This document shows, piece by piece, positions 44,150 through 57,032 of a stretch of DNA of 64,000 bases (positions within the stretch are counted from its first letter, which is position 1; every line of letters begins with the position of its first letter). The position numbers and the translations under genes were made by a program. Under the pieces are notes generated by a model. That model made no database searches and had not been told where the DNA came from. It was given only the letters and a program-made list of their open reading frames with translations. The DNA is from the human T2T-CHM13v2.0 reference genome, Homo sapiens. The stretch lies in the NCBI RefSeq assembly GCF_009914755.1, contig NC_060932.1; one strand, written 5' to 3'.

Positions 44150-46200
44150 CACATTCATTTGTATAAGCTTCTTCTCCCCTTTAACAATCAAAATTCTGTG
44201 GACATGCCTTTATTCATTGATCCCTTTGTCAACAATCTAGGTATCCCCAGAGTGCAGCCTTCTTTTCCCACCCAAACTCTTGCCATCATTTCAGATGACT
44301 TCAACAACCATGAAGATGCCTTAACATTTTTGTCTCTCCATTCCTAGACCACCTCATTTTCAATTTTCCTCTTTACAATTGTACTATATCCACCCATCTC
44401 CCATAGTCAAGTCTTGGGCTGTGTCATCACTAGAAATGGCACCATCTCTGAAATCCTGAATTAAAACCATTAAAAAACCATTATTAAACCATTAAAAAAA
44501 CATTATTAAACCATTAAAAAACCATCTCTGAAATCCTGAATTAAAACTATTAAAAAATGATGATTTTAAAACCATTAAAATCACAGCTTCCTATCATTTC
44601 AGCTCACATGTTGAGTACTGTTGCAGCAACAATTTTTCACCCTCATTATGAATTCTGATCCATTAACCCCACAATGTTCTATTTACTAGCCCCCTGCCCC
44701 TTGTTATCATTCTTTGACTGATTTACTTTCTATAATTCCCTATCGCGATCACCCTTTTGCAAATATCATCACCTCTATTGACTTCCTCTGCTTTTTTTCC
44801 CCACCTACCCATAAAACTCTAACCTTGAATGCACTCAACCACACACATTCCTATTACCTGTATCCAGTCAGCAGAGGGTTGCTGGAGAAAATCTTCCAAT
44901 CATCTTGATAGTACTAAAAATTAGTGTTCACTAGCTCCATTTGGGATCTCACTCTTGCAACCCTAGGTATTCATATATGTAAATCCTTCCTACCTTCTCC
45001 AAATCTCCAATACTTCCCCCCGCTACTCTTCAGAGGTGGCAATATCCTTTACTTCATTGAGAAAACAGAAGCTTTCAAATGGCATTCTCCTCATTTTCCA
45101 GTGCCATGTCAACAAATCTACCTCCATGTTCCCATTCTCTCCTTCTACCCTCCTGATAATGCAGAAAATATCCCTTTTTCCATAGGCCAGTCCTTCGACA
45201 CCAGCTCTGGGTTCCATTCCATCAACTCTCAGGGGCTCCATTCATCTGTAATCCTTTCTAGTTTGTACCTTAGTTTCTTGTTCTCAACTTGAGTCTTCCT
45301 ATAAAAATTCAACATGCTCTGATATAAAATTCTCCCTGGACCCCATGTTTCTCCCCACTTACTGCTGTATCTATTTCCTTTATAGCCAAACTTTTAAAGT
45401 AAGTTGTTGACACTTGATTTTTCCATTTCCTCTGATTTCATTCATTCTTCAATCCATATTTTCACATTACCAAAAGCAAAGGGTGATTTTGAGTCCTCGT
45501 ATTATTTGATCTCTTAGCATCCAACCCCAACGTCAGTTTTGCTACCTCTTAGGTTTCCTTGCCAAACCTATCTTGATCTTCCGTGATATCTTCATTCCCT
45601 AATCACAAATATTTAACATCTTTTTTTTTTCCTCAAAGTTTCAACATCCAGCAATTCAGCAAAGCTTGACTTTTTTTCCTTCTCAAAATCTAACTCCATC
45701 TGTTCTTTCCATTCCCTGCAATGATCTCTACTCAGTCACTGAGTACCTCTCTGTTCTTAGTTTCCTGACAGCTACATTAAACCCAGTGGGTACTGCTCAG
45801 TCTTCATTTTTCTTGCCTTACCAGCAGCATTGCTACTCCTAATGCCAGCTTCACCTCATGCTGGCCATTCACTGAAATATCCTCCTAACTGACCTGCCTG
45901 ACTTAGATATGTACGTTCCACACCACTTTAATTTCCACTGTCAGTCCAACTTCCTAATACACAATTTGTACACAGTACAACTCTATAGCTCTTTCTCCAA
46001 CCCCTCTTCCTCTCTTTGCCACATACTCAAAAAATAATTAGTTGCTTATTTTGTCTACAAAAAAAATCTCTGTGCCAACAATCAAATTCTATATAATAAA
46101 GTTCTTATTCACTCATAGAACTTCTTCTCCTGTAGCTTTTCACATATTTATTCTAACCGCATTTCACTATCCACAGTTACCTAAGAACTTCATGCACATC
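44150..46200 (+). mobile_element. Degraded L2 fragments
   Basis: C/T-rich L2-like body (gatgacttcaacaaccatg; ttacttcattgagaaaacagaagc; tcagtcttcatttttcttgccttaccagcagcatt). Confidence 0.55.
44441..44580. repeat. Complex local tandem duplication
   Basis: accatctctgaaatcctgaattaaaac(c/t)attaaaaaa at 44441 and 44521, separated by repeats of cattattaaaccattaaaaaa. Confidence 0.9.
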
Positions 46201-47985
46201 CTATTTTTGCACATCATATTGTCTCTCTGATATGACTTTTTTTCTCTTTTTTGCAGAATAAGACCTGTACTATTACTCTCCTGTGGTATGATGATGAGAA
46301 AAACCCAGAAATGTACAGTTTTGTTATCAAACTGTAGGCATGTTTATGTTATGGTAGAAACTGTGTGTTAAGGGTGGATAGTTAATTAACAGAAAAATCA
46401 GGCTGAAGGGAAAAATTAAAAGTAAACACACACATACATCTTAAACATTTTATTTTAATTTTATACATAGAAAATATATTTATTTACAATCTTGGGATGC
46501 ATAGCCACAGCCATTACTTAGATTAGGCAGATTTTAGTTCCCCATCATCTTTTTGTAGTGGCTTAGGTTTCTCTTTTATGCAACTAAATTCTATGATTTC
46601 CAGTCTCCATTTTTTTAAGATAAATAACTAGCTAATTTTTTTCAAATAACCTGTATTTAGAAGAGAATGTTTTTTGTTTTTCATATTTTTTTCTCCAAAC
46701 TTAGAGAATGATCTTGTCCACACCAAATAAACATGTTTTTAAATGTCTTGCATTCATTCAGTCTTTCCAATGCATTCAGTTTCATTAGAAACATCTCTCT
46801 TTTCATCCTCATAATTCATGGATTATGTGCTAATTTTTAAGTTTACATAACTATTATCAAAAGCATAACTGGTATAAGCAGATATCAGAACAAACACCAC
46901 TGTCTCTGGATGTGCACAGAAATCTGCTGGTGAGATCCTAAATGTATGTTGGTCAATGTTCTCTAGTATATGTAAACCCTGTGCTCATTATGATCTTTTT
47001 CCTTTCAAAGGGCAGCAGATACCTTTATGTTTAAATAGTACAAAATGGGCATTGAAATAAGGAGAAAAATACTATTTGTAAGTTTAAATCATTACAGCAA
47101 ATGAGTCATTTATTTTTAGTGGTAAAATTTAAATTACTTTTAATTAAAATATCTTCACTAAGGGTCAATTATCTAATTAGTATTTTTCAAAAACTGTTAA
47201 CTAAATTTACTATTAATGTAATTGTGTTATTACTTCTTTTAGTTGAATATATAGATGGACATTTGCCGGTCAGCTAAGTTAGAGCACTCTTTAAAGCTAG
47301 TGACATCTCAGATTTTCTTAGTACATGCAGTATATATATAACAACGTTGCTTCCGGTATAAAGTTTATTTAAACAGATGCTGTTTATTAATACTATTAGT
47401 CACATTTTTACAGTATGACATAGTAGGAGGCAAAAAAATGAGATCCTTTAGCATGTAATATTGCTTACACTTTCACTTTTTGAAAGCTATAAGAGGAATT
47501 TAAAAAAAATTCTTTTGCAGGTTATGAGCACATTTATACAATTGTTCATTTCACTGGTGATCATTTTTCACTTCAAATATTAAAGAAGATGGAGCCATCT
47601 CTCTGGCAATGAAATTGTTATAAATGTAATCGACACTGGTCTAAGAGATCAAACTCAACTATTCTCAAGAGAGAGAAAGACTTTATGGTTCTTAACTAAT
47701 ATCTGCCTTCTTAAGGATTATGAATTGCTAGTAATACACTTCCAGATAGATGGTATTCTTTCTCAGTATATGCTGTTTAGAGTAGATACTACGGTAGAAT
47801 GCAGATATGAGTCATAAGAGTCCTGGTTACTATTTCTAACTCTGAAATCACTGCCATTAAAATAGAAGTAGTTGTAGAAAATTTAGTAAAATATTATTTA
47901 ACTACATATTTATAGATACTAAATTTATGTTGTTTCTTAATAATCAGTGGTTAGACTCAAGTTTATTTATAACACCTAAATTTAA

Positions 47986-48373
47986 TTTTTAAAAAAAGAT
48001 TTTATTATCAAATATCTGTACATATTTTGGGGGTACATGTGATATTTTGATAGCTATATAGGAGGTATAATGAAGAAATCAGGGTAACGGGAATATCCAT
48101 CACCTCAAACATTTATCTTTTATGTGTGTGTGGAATATTAATATTATAATTCTTCTTTTTTAGCTATTTTGAAATACAAAATAAATTATTGTTAACTATA
48201 ATTTCCCTACTGCACTATTGAAGACTAAAACTTATTCCTTCTGTATTTTTGTGCCCCTTAACCAACTTCTCTTCATCCCCCTCTTCCCTTCCCAACCTTA
48301 GGTAACCACGTTTTACTCTCTGTCTCCATGAGATTTACTTTCTGAGTTCCTACATATGAATGAGAACATGTGA
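47986..48373 (-). mobile_element. L1MA-type 3' fragment
   Basis: ggggtacatgtgatattttga...atatccatcacctcaaacattt...atgagaacatg; TSD acctaaatttaa at 47974-47985 / 48374-48385. Confidence 0.85.
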
Positions 48374-50109
48374 TACCTAAATTTAAATATTATGCTGAAA
48401 AGAAAATATTTGCATAGACTCCTCCAACTCATTCCTGTGCTCATGCAGGTGTTCTCCCTTGAGGAATATTTATCTTTCTGCATCAGTCATCACTCTTGCC
48501 TCGGCCCTCATCTTCCCTGAGAGCTAAGTCCAGTGGATGAACTGAAGAGAAAGAAGGGAGTGCAGTATAATTGGCAAAAAGGTGATTAAGAGGCAGCAAT
48601 GGAACCAAGATGAAAATGGTTCTGTGAACTGAGGAAGTGGAGGCTCCTCTCCTCCAACCATGAGCTGAGATAAGTGAGGGCATCTTCTCTGGATAGACTG
48701 GCAAGGGTGCTGGGTCAGTTTCTGCAAAGTTGGAGAAGGCAGAGACCATGATGGTGTGTTACAGGGTCAGCCAGGGCCCTGCAAGCTCACAGTGGGGCAT
48801 GGGCTGTTAACAGCAATATAAAAAGGAGGGTGTTTGCTGACGTCTCTTATTTATATCTCTTATTTTTCTTCTAATGTCTATCCATGTTACATACATTAAG
48901 AATTATCATTTAGGAACATAGTGACTATGTTTTTTACAAATACAAGATTGAAAAGGCTGCATATTTCCCTTTCTACACTTGTCATTCTTATTCAGCTTAT
49001 TTGTATCTGTAGAGTATGCGTAATTTGTCCATGTGCAAAGATGCTGTGCGTGTGTAATAGACTATTGACTTTATCATATATTTGAGTAAAACTGAAGAAA
49101 TAATAAGCAACATTTTCAAAATTGTCAGAGTAATAATTTTAAATGTGCTACAAAGTAATACTGTATTCCAAATAAGTTATGCATTCATTTGCTTAACTTT
49201 CACCCATGAAATCTTTATATAATTACTGCTTGTACTTTTGAAATCCTTTCCTACTATGTAGTTTGTAAAAGCTCAAAATAGATACTGACAGCTAAAAGTA
49301 AAATAATCTAACCACGGTATATTTCAGCATTTAAGAAGGAAAAGTTCAAAACTAGTTGTTATCCTATTTATTTCTGTAAATGCAAAACTCTGTTAATGCT
49401 TTTAGGTGAAGTAGGCCCAAATAATAGGCTATGTTCTGTCATGTCTGACTAAAATAAAAATTCAGCCTAAGGAAACTCCTTTTGTAGACATTATTTGTTC
49501 TACAAAAAGTACAAAAGTTAGCCGGGCGTGGTGGTGCGCAGGGATTGTATCTCCATGCTGCTTACTCTAGGTTGCAGTATGTTCCCAACATATTTTAATG
49601 GTTTTAAAATGGTATTTCAATTTTTCCATCAGTTTGTATGCTCAGCCACCTGTATGTTTCCTCTGCAAGTTTCCAAAGTGAAGGAAAGGAAATTTTTTTT
49701 TTCTAATATTGTATTAATAGAGAAATCTAGATTTTTGGATTAATATTCTTTAATAAACACCGAGTTGAACAGAACGGGTTGCTCTCTAATTGATTATAAT
49801 TCCCACTGGAACACTTCTCCAGGTTGAATGAAGGTCCAGGTTTTTTTTCTAATTCTTCTTTCCAACCTCTATTCAGTTTCAGTTGAGAATCTAAGATTAC
49901 AGTGACCAATCAATTTTAGGCAGGAAGGGACTGCACTGATTAGCTCAACTGCCTCCTTTTCAGAGAAACGAAAGCTCACGGGCCGATTTAGCAAAGAGGG
50001 TGTATTCTTATCCGTGCTGTCTTATTTTTCAAGATTCCAGACTAGTCATAAAGCAAATGGTATAACTGCTAGCTGATGGGAATTTCTGGAATGGATTTAA
50101 GTGTGAGGA

Positions 50110-50305
50110 AGACAAAGGCCTAGTGGTAAGGTCAGCTCTGGAGGTAGATTACTTGGATTCCGATCAACTTAGTTTGTGTTCTTAGGCAAATTACATAACT
50201 TTTCTGTGCCTCAATTTCTTTGAAAGAGGGTGTGTAATAGTATCTATCTCACACTGTAATTGTGAGGATTAAGTGAGCTATTCTACCAAAAGTATTATAA
50301 CATGC
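50110..50305 (+). mobile_element. MIR
   Basis: ggcctagtggtaag...ttaggcaaattacataacttttctgtgcctcaatttc...ttgtgaggattaagtgag. Confidence 0.8.
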
Positions 50306-50310
50306 AGTTA

Positions 50311-50554
50311 AACTCTCAGTGAACAGTATTTTTACCCAAATTACAAATTGCGAAACCCTTAAGTCTTGAGCTTTCAAGGAGAGTTAGGAACCCTCCTATG
50401 GCATTGTCTTCTAAAAATCTGCTGCACAAAGTTGATGTTTGCATCAACTTTGGAGCTCAAATGGATTACTTTAATGAAGTTTGGGGCAAATGGATTATAT
50501 ATACATAGGAAGCCCTCCCCCAACACACAGAAAGTATGTGGACACGCAGAATTC
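50311..50554 (+). repeat. Left arm of 244-bp inverted repeat
   Basis: Reverse complement of 51904-52147 with 8 substitutions and no gaps. Also visible as paired ORFs MSFQGELGTLLWHC... on opposite strands. Confidence 0.97.
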
Positions 50555-50614
50555 AAAAGTCTGAGGGTGGCTGTGCTCAAGGGGTAAAGGGATGCTTAGG
50601 AAACTGCCGTTTCT

Positions 50615-50909
50615 GGCCGGGCCCGGTGGCTCACACCTGTAATCCCAGCACTTTGGGAGGCCGAAGCGGGTGGATCACGAGGTCAGCAGTTCAAGACTCA
50701 GCCTGGCCAAGATGGTGAAACCCCGTCTCTACTAAAAATACAAAAATTAGCCGGGCGTGGTGGTGGGCGCTTGTAATCCCAGCTACTCGGAAGGCTGTGG
50801 CAGATAATTGCTTGAACCCGTGAGGCGGAGGTTGCAGTGAGCCGAGATCTTCCCACTGCACTCCAGCCTGGGGAACAGAGCGAGACTCCGTCTCAAAACA
50901 AACAAACAA
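50615..50909 (+). mobile_element. AluS (Sg-like), CpG-rich
   Basis: ggatcacgaggtcagcagttcaagac; (CAAA)n tail; imperfect TSD aaactgccgtttct at 50601-50614 / aaactgcctttttct at 50910-50924. Confidence 0.95.
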
Positions 50910-51067
50910 AAACTGCCTTTTTCTCCTAGGAGGAAGGCGGGACCTTCAATGAGGGTGGCTGGCTACCAAAGAACTAAACTTTAACACAGAAAAGGTGAGT
51001 CGGTCTCCCTGAGACCACAGGCGTCCAACCCAGGCCCACCTCCCACCGCCTGGAAGGCCCAGGTGTG

Positions 51068-51119
51068 ACTGGAGGGCGACTGAAAGGGTCAGACCATGTG
51101 ACTGTTCTCAACTTTGGGC
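51068..51119 (+). repeat. Left arm of inner 52-bp inverted repeat
   Basis: Matches reverse complement of 51646-51696 (in exon 1) at 45/52 positions: 6 substitutions and 1 gap. Confidence 0.85.
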
Positions 51120-51539
51120 TTTTACACAGCAGTTTCAAAGACAAAGGGGCTTTTCAGCTAGGTTTGGTTTGCCGCCCTCCTCTTCCCAGGCCCAAGCTTG
51201 TTCCCCAATGTCCCCAGCGATGCTTGGGACGTCCCTTAGTTCTCCCCTTTCTTGGGGGGACCACCCCGCGCCTCTAGGTTGTCTTCCGTCCCTCCTAGAC
51301 AGAGGTGGATTGCCGCGACATTTCAGGGAGGAGAAATGGAGGGGCGAGGAGGGCAAAGACGCCCTACTAATCTCCCATCTTCAGAACGCGTCCCACCACG
51401 CCCGCGAGGCCCCCTCTGGCTACAGCCCTCACCGCGCTTCCTCCTCGTGCCGCATCCTCGGCAGGGGGGAGGGGCGCGGTGCGGCCGGCGCTCTCTGATT
51501 GGCTGCCGCGTCGGCGATCCACGCCACAATTGTTCCCTA

Positions 51540-51765
51540 AGACCGTCTGCCGCCAGCGAGCGCCAGGTGCGGAGCGGGCGTTAGAAGTTGCTGGCAGTCA
51601 GAGGCAGGGGAGCTGTCACTCGCGGCGAGCCGGGCGGCGGCCAGGGCGCAAAGTTGAGAGCAGTCTCTAGTCTGAGCCTTTCAGTCGCCTTCCAGTATCA
51701 TCAGTACCACGGGCTCCACCTTGCTGCGGCCCCTCAGCAACCCAGTGCACCTGCCACTCGACCAG
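51540..51765 (+). other. Probable non-coding first exon of an unidentified + strand gene
   Basis: Directly downstream of the CCAAT/GC boxes; no ATG; ends at donor CAG|gtaggt (intron starts 51766). The TSS is an estimate. Confidence 0.65.
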
Positions 51766-51903
51766 GTAGGTAGGCCGAGGCACCCGGGCGTCGGTCATCG
51801 CGCCTTCGCCGCCCTTTGCGGCCGCGGTACTGCCAGAGCAGGGGGGCCTGGGAGAGGTGTGGGGATTGGGGCCGGTCTCTCGGTGCCCTCCTCCCGCCGC
51901 CGG

Positions 51904-52147
51904 GAATTCTGCGTGTCCACGTACCTTCTGTGTGTTGGGGGAGGGGTTCCTATGTGTATATAATCCATTTGCCCCAAACTTCATAAAAGTAATCCATTTG
52001 AGCTCCAAAGTTGATGCAGACATCAACTTTGTGCAGCAGATTTTTAGAAGACAATGCCATAGGAGGGTTCCTAACTCTCCTTGAAAGCTCAAGACTTAAG
52101 GGTTTGGCAGTTTGTAATTTGGGTAAAAATACTGTTCACTGAGAGTT
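51904..52147 (-). repeat. Right arm of 244-bp inverted repeat, inside the CpG island / intron 1
   Basis: Abrupt drop in CpG content; inverted copy of 50311-50554. Confidence 0.97.
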
Positions 52148-52189
52148 GAACAGGGAGGCGAAGACAACTTTGTTTTTTCCCGGGAGAGC

Positions 52190-52527
52190 CCTCGCTCGGA
52201 AGTGCCTCCTCCCTCCTTCTGCGGCTTGCGCCCCAAGACCTTCATCCGCCGCCGGGGCCGGGGTGGGCCGGGCGTTGGTGCCGGCGACAGCCCCCGGGGA
52301 AGGTCTTCATACAGACTTGAGGGTGTGCGTGCTGGTCCCTGCCCTCCGCCGCAGCGGGGCTGGGACTCAGCAGTCGGGTCCCGGAGCTGCCTTTGGTGCG
52401 CACGGGCGCGCACGGGCTGGGGTGTAGACGGGGCGCGGAAGGCTGTGCTTCGCGGAGGCCTGCGTGGTGGTGCCTGCCCGGAGCGTGGCTCTGAGCGACC
52501 ACTGGAGAGGCTGATGCATGGGTCTAG
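52190..52527 (+). other. Candidate alternative first exon in the downstream half of the CpG island
   Basis: ETS-like cggaagtg at about 52197; donor TAG|gtgaga at 52528. Start unknown. Confidence 0.35.
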
Positions 52528-54009
52528 GTGAGAACGGTGCATTAGCGATGGCGTTGATGGGTGCGAGGGGGCACAGAGAGGCCTAAGTGCTGCTGCACTT
52601 TGGGGACAGTTTGCATTGGAGTGTGGTTTAAGGGACACAGAGGCAACAGTTTCGAGGAGGGCAGAGAGGTTATGAAGAAAAGTCAGAGGGATTTATTCCC
52701 AGGATTCTAGCTGAGAAAGTTGCATCCTTGTAGATAGAAGCAGCCACTTTTACCTCCTGGCCCAACCCTCAAAAAAGCACTTGGCAGTGTCTATGGAAGG
52801 GTGGCATTTAAATGAGGCCAACGAGTCTGATGGTGAAAGGGCCTAACGGTTACTGAGAAATCAACAGTATTGTGATGGGAAAAGCAGCGCCATTTTTATT
52901 CAGCAAAGAAAGTTTGGAAGTATTTTATTGTGAGAACTGAGGATAAGATTTAAGGAAGTTGTTGATGGGGTGTGTGGGGGTAGAGTTAGGTGATTGCTGT
53001 AGCCTCAGGCTAAAGCTAGTTGACTTTGGAAATTTTGCTTACAATTATTTCAAGCATACTTGCACTTTACACGGGATACTGGTTCAAGGTCCTTAGCTAG
53101 AATGTGCTCCTGTTGTTTAATCTTCAGGGATTTCATTTATAATATAGGATTCCCCCTTGTCCAGACGACTTTTCCTAGCAGCAAGCTGGAAACCTGACAT
53201 TAGGGTACAGGTTGCCGTGTGCTTTACTGTTTAAAATAAAATAAAGTATGTGGAAGGAGTGTAAAATAATTCTGCCTTCTGTTGAAATCTCATATTGCTG
53301 TCATAACTTCCAGTTAAATAGTAAAGTACCTATCCCCACCTACCTTCAACAGCAGTTATAATGTGTATCATGCAAATAAAGTATTGGTAATGAAATTAAT
53401 CGTGTATTTGAAGAAAACACTATTCTCTGTTTATTAATAAATTGATCAGAATTTAGAGTTTTTCATCTTCTCAGCACTGTGGAGGATCCTCTTTGTTTTC
53501 CACACTGACATGCAGTGTATGACCTTTTAGCATATCACACTCCTGATTAAATAGGCTGCTGACAATGTATCAGCAAATGCAAACATTTTGCTGATGAGGG
53601 GCAAGGGAGATAGGCGTATATATTTACATTTCTTTTAGGGAGACAAGCATATATTCACATTCTGTCTTTCTCTTCCCCCTCTTACTTTCCCTTCTCCCAA
53701 CCCCACGTCTGCCATAGGCTTACCCTCCGTCCCATGCCGAAATATTTTCTTGACTGTGCTAATAACACCTTTTAATTTATATAATGTGTATAAGTTTTTA
53801 AAAGTGATTTGATAGTAATGAACTCATTTAAACATATCAGCAACCAGAGAAAGTTCTTTTTCAGTACTGAAATAAGCAGGAGAATCAAGAGAAGGAGACA
53901 GGACTTAAAAATTTTTGACATCCTTCTTTATTTAGTCAAAGGTCTTGAGTTGGTACCTTGGGACTACTATAAATTTGTACAGCCACGTATAGCCCTAATT
54001 TGTGTAGTA

Positions 54010-55510
<1,501 letters not shown>

Positions 55511-56506
55511 TATTTTCAGTTGTTTTCTATTTGAGCAAGTCTTGGGAATATTTGATTAATACCACTCAAGCCTTAACTTTTCATACCGATAATAAATTGT
55601 TTCTTTGACGCACCTAAGAATTGACTTTCTAGTTGATGAAGTTCTTGGAATAACTGAAAACTCACATTGTAAAATTGGATGAATAAAATCATTTAGCTAT
55701 CATTTTAAAGTTGAGCATTTTATAGAACATAGAACATTTTTATAATGTAAATAGTCCAGGTTGAGAGAAAGCTTATGAATTTGTTGTAATCAGATAGTGT
55801 GAGTTAACAGGAAAAAGACACATCAGGAAATGAAAAGTGCAAAAATATAACATCAGTTTATTAATTTGGTATGAGCAAATTAACAGTGTTTTGAAAAATT
55901 AGGAAATTATAAAAGTAGTTATTTGATGTCAGATGAAGAAAAGAACTTTAGTGTAAGAAAAACAGTTAACTTTTTACTAGAGTAAGTGTAGAATTTATGA
56001 GATGATAGAAATTAATGGTCTGTGTGGAATGTAAGAATATGCCTTGCAGGGCCAGGTAGCAGAAAGGAGGGAGTGTTTTGCAATAAGCCTGAGGCCGGGG
56101 AAGGAAAAGGAGCAAAAGATCTTGCCATAGACTCCTGGATTGTTTAATCATTACTGAGAAGTCCAGAGTGACCTTGAGGTAGCCATAGTATTTGTTCATT
56201 AGGCCTTAAATCTTAAGAAAAATATAGAATCTATTATTAAGTGAGGTTACACCATGCTTTAAGATAGGAAGTATCTAGCATCTGAGGTTTGCCTTTGTAG
56301 GCCTTGCTTTCCAGATGATTTTATTTCTAGGGTAATGTTTAGTAGGTGGTTATGATTAAAGGAATATATGGAGAGAAGGTTTTGAGGAAGGAATTGGACT
56401 AAGGGAGACCTGTGCCATGAAAAAGGGCCAGATATGCAATTTAGAAGACACCAGTATCATTGAACATATTTGTATTTTTTATTAGTTTCTGATGTGCTGA
56501 TGTTCA

Positions 56507-57032
<526 letters not shown>

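Larger units (their letters stand above)
51200..52560. promoter_or_regulatory. CpG-island promoter, split by an AT-richer inverted-repeat arm
   Basis: Dense CpG/GC compared with the rest of the window; GC box gggggaggggcgcgg at about 51464-51479; inverted CCAAT box ctgattggct at 51495-51504. Confidence 0.92.

Noticed and set aside
44441-44580. CRISPR-like repeat-spacer pattern
   Set aside because: The context is eukaryotic, the apparent spacers are themselves repeats, and there are no cas genes.
50366-52092. Two near-identical ORFs MSFQGELGTLLWHC... on opposite strands
   Set aside because: A by-product of the inverted repeat. They start at TTG rather than ATG, and there is no coding evidence.
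50311-52147. Inverted repeat as an assembly artefact or as transposon TIRs
   Set aside because: Eight distributed differences argue against a simple artefact. There is no flanking TSD, recognisable TIR end or transposase remnant.
51065-52638. Long overlapping ORFs in the CpG island (up to 180 aa)
   Set aside because: GC-rich DNA lacks stop codons. The products are low-complexity Pro/Arg/Gly, occur on both strands, and resemble no family I recognise.
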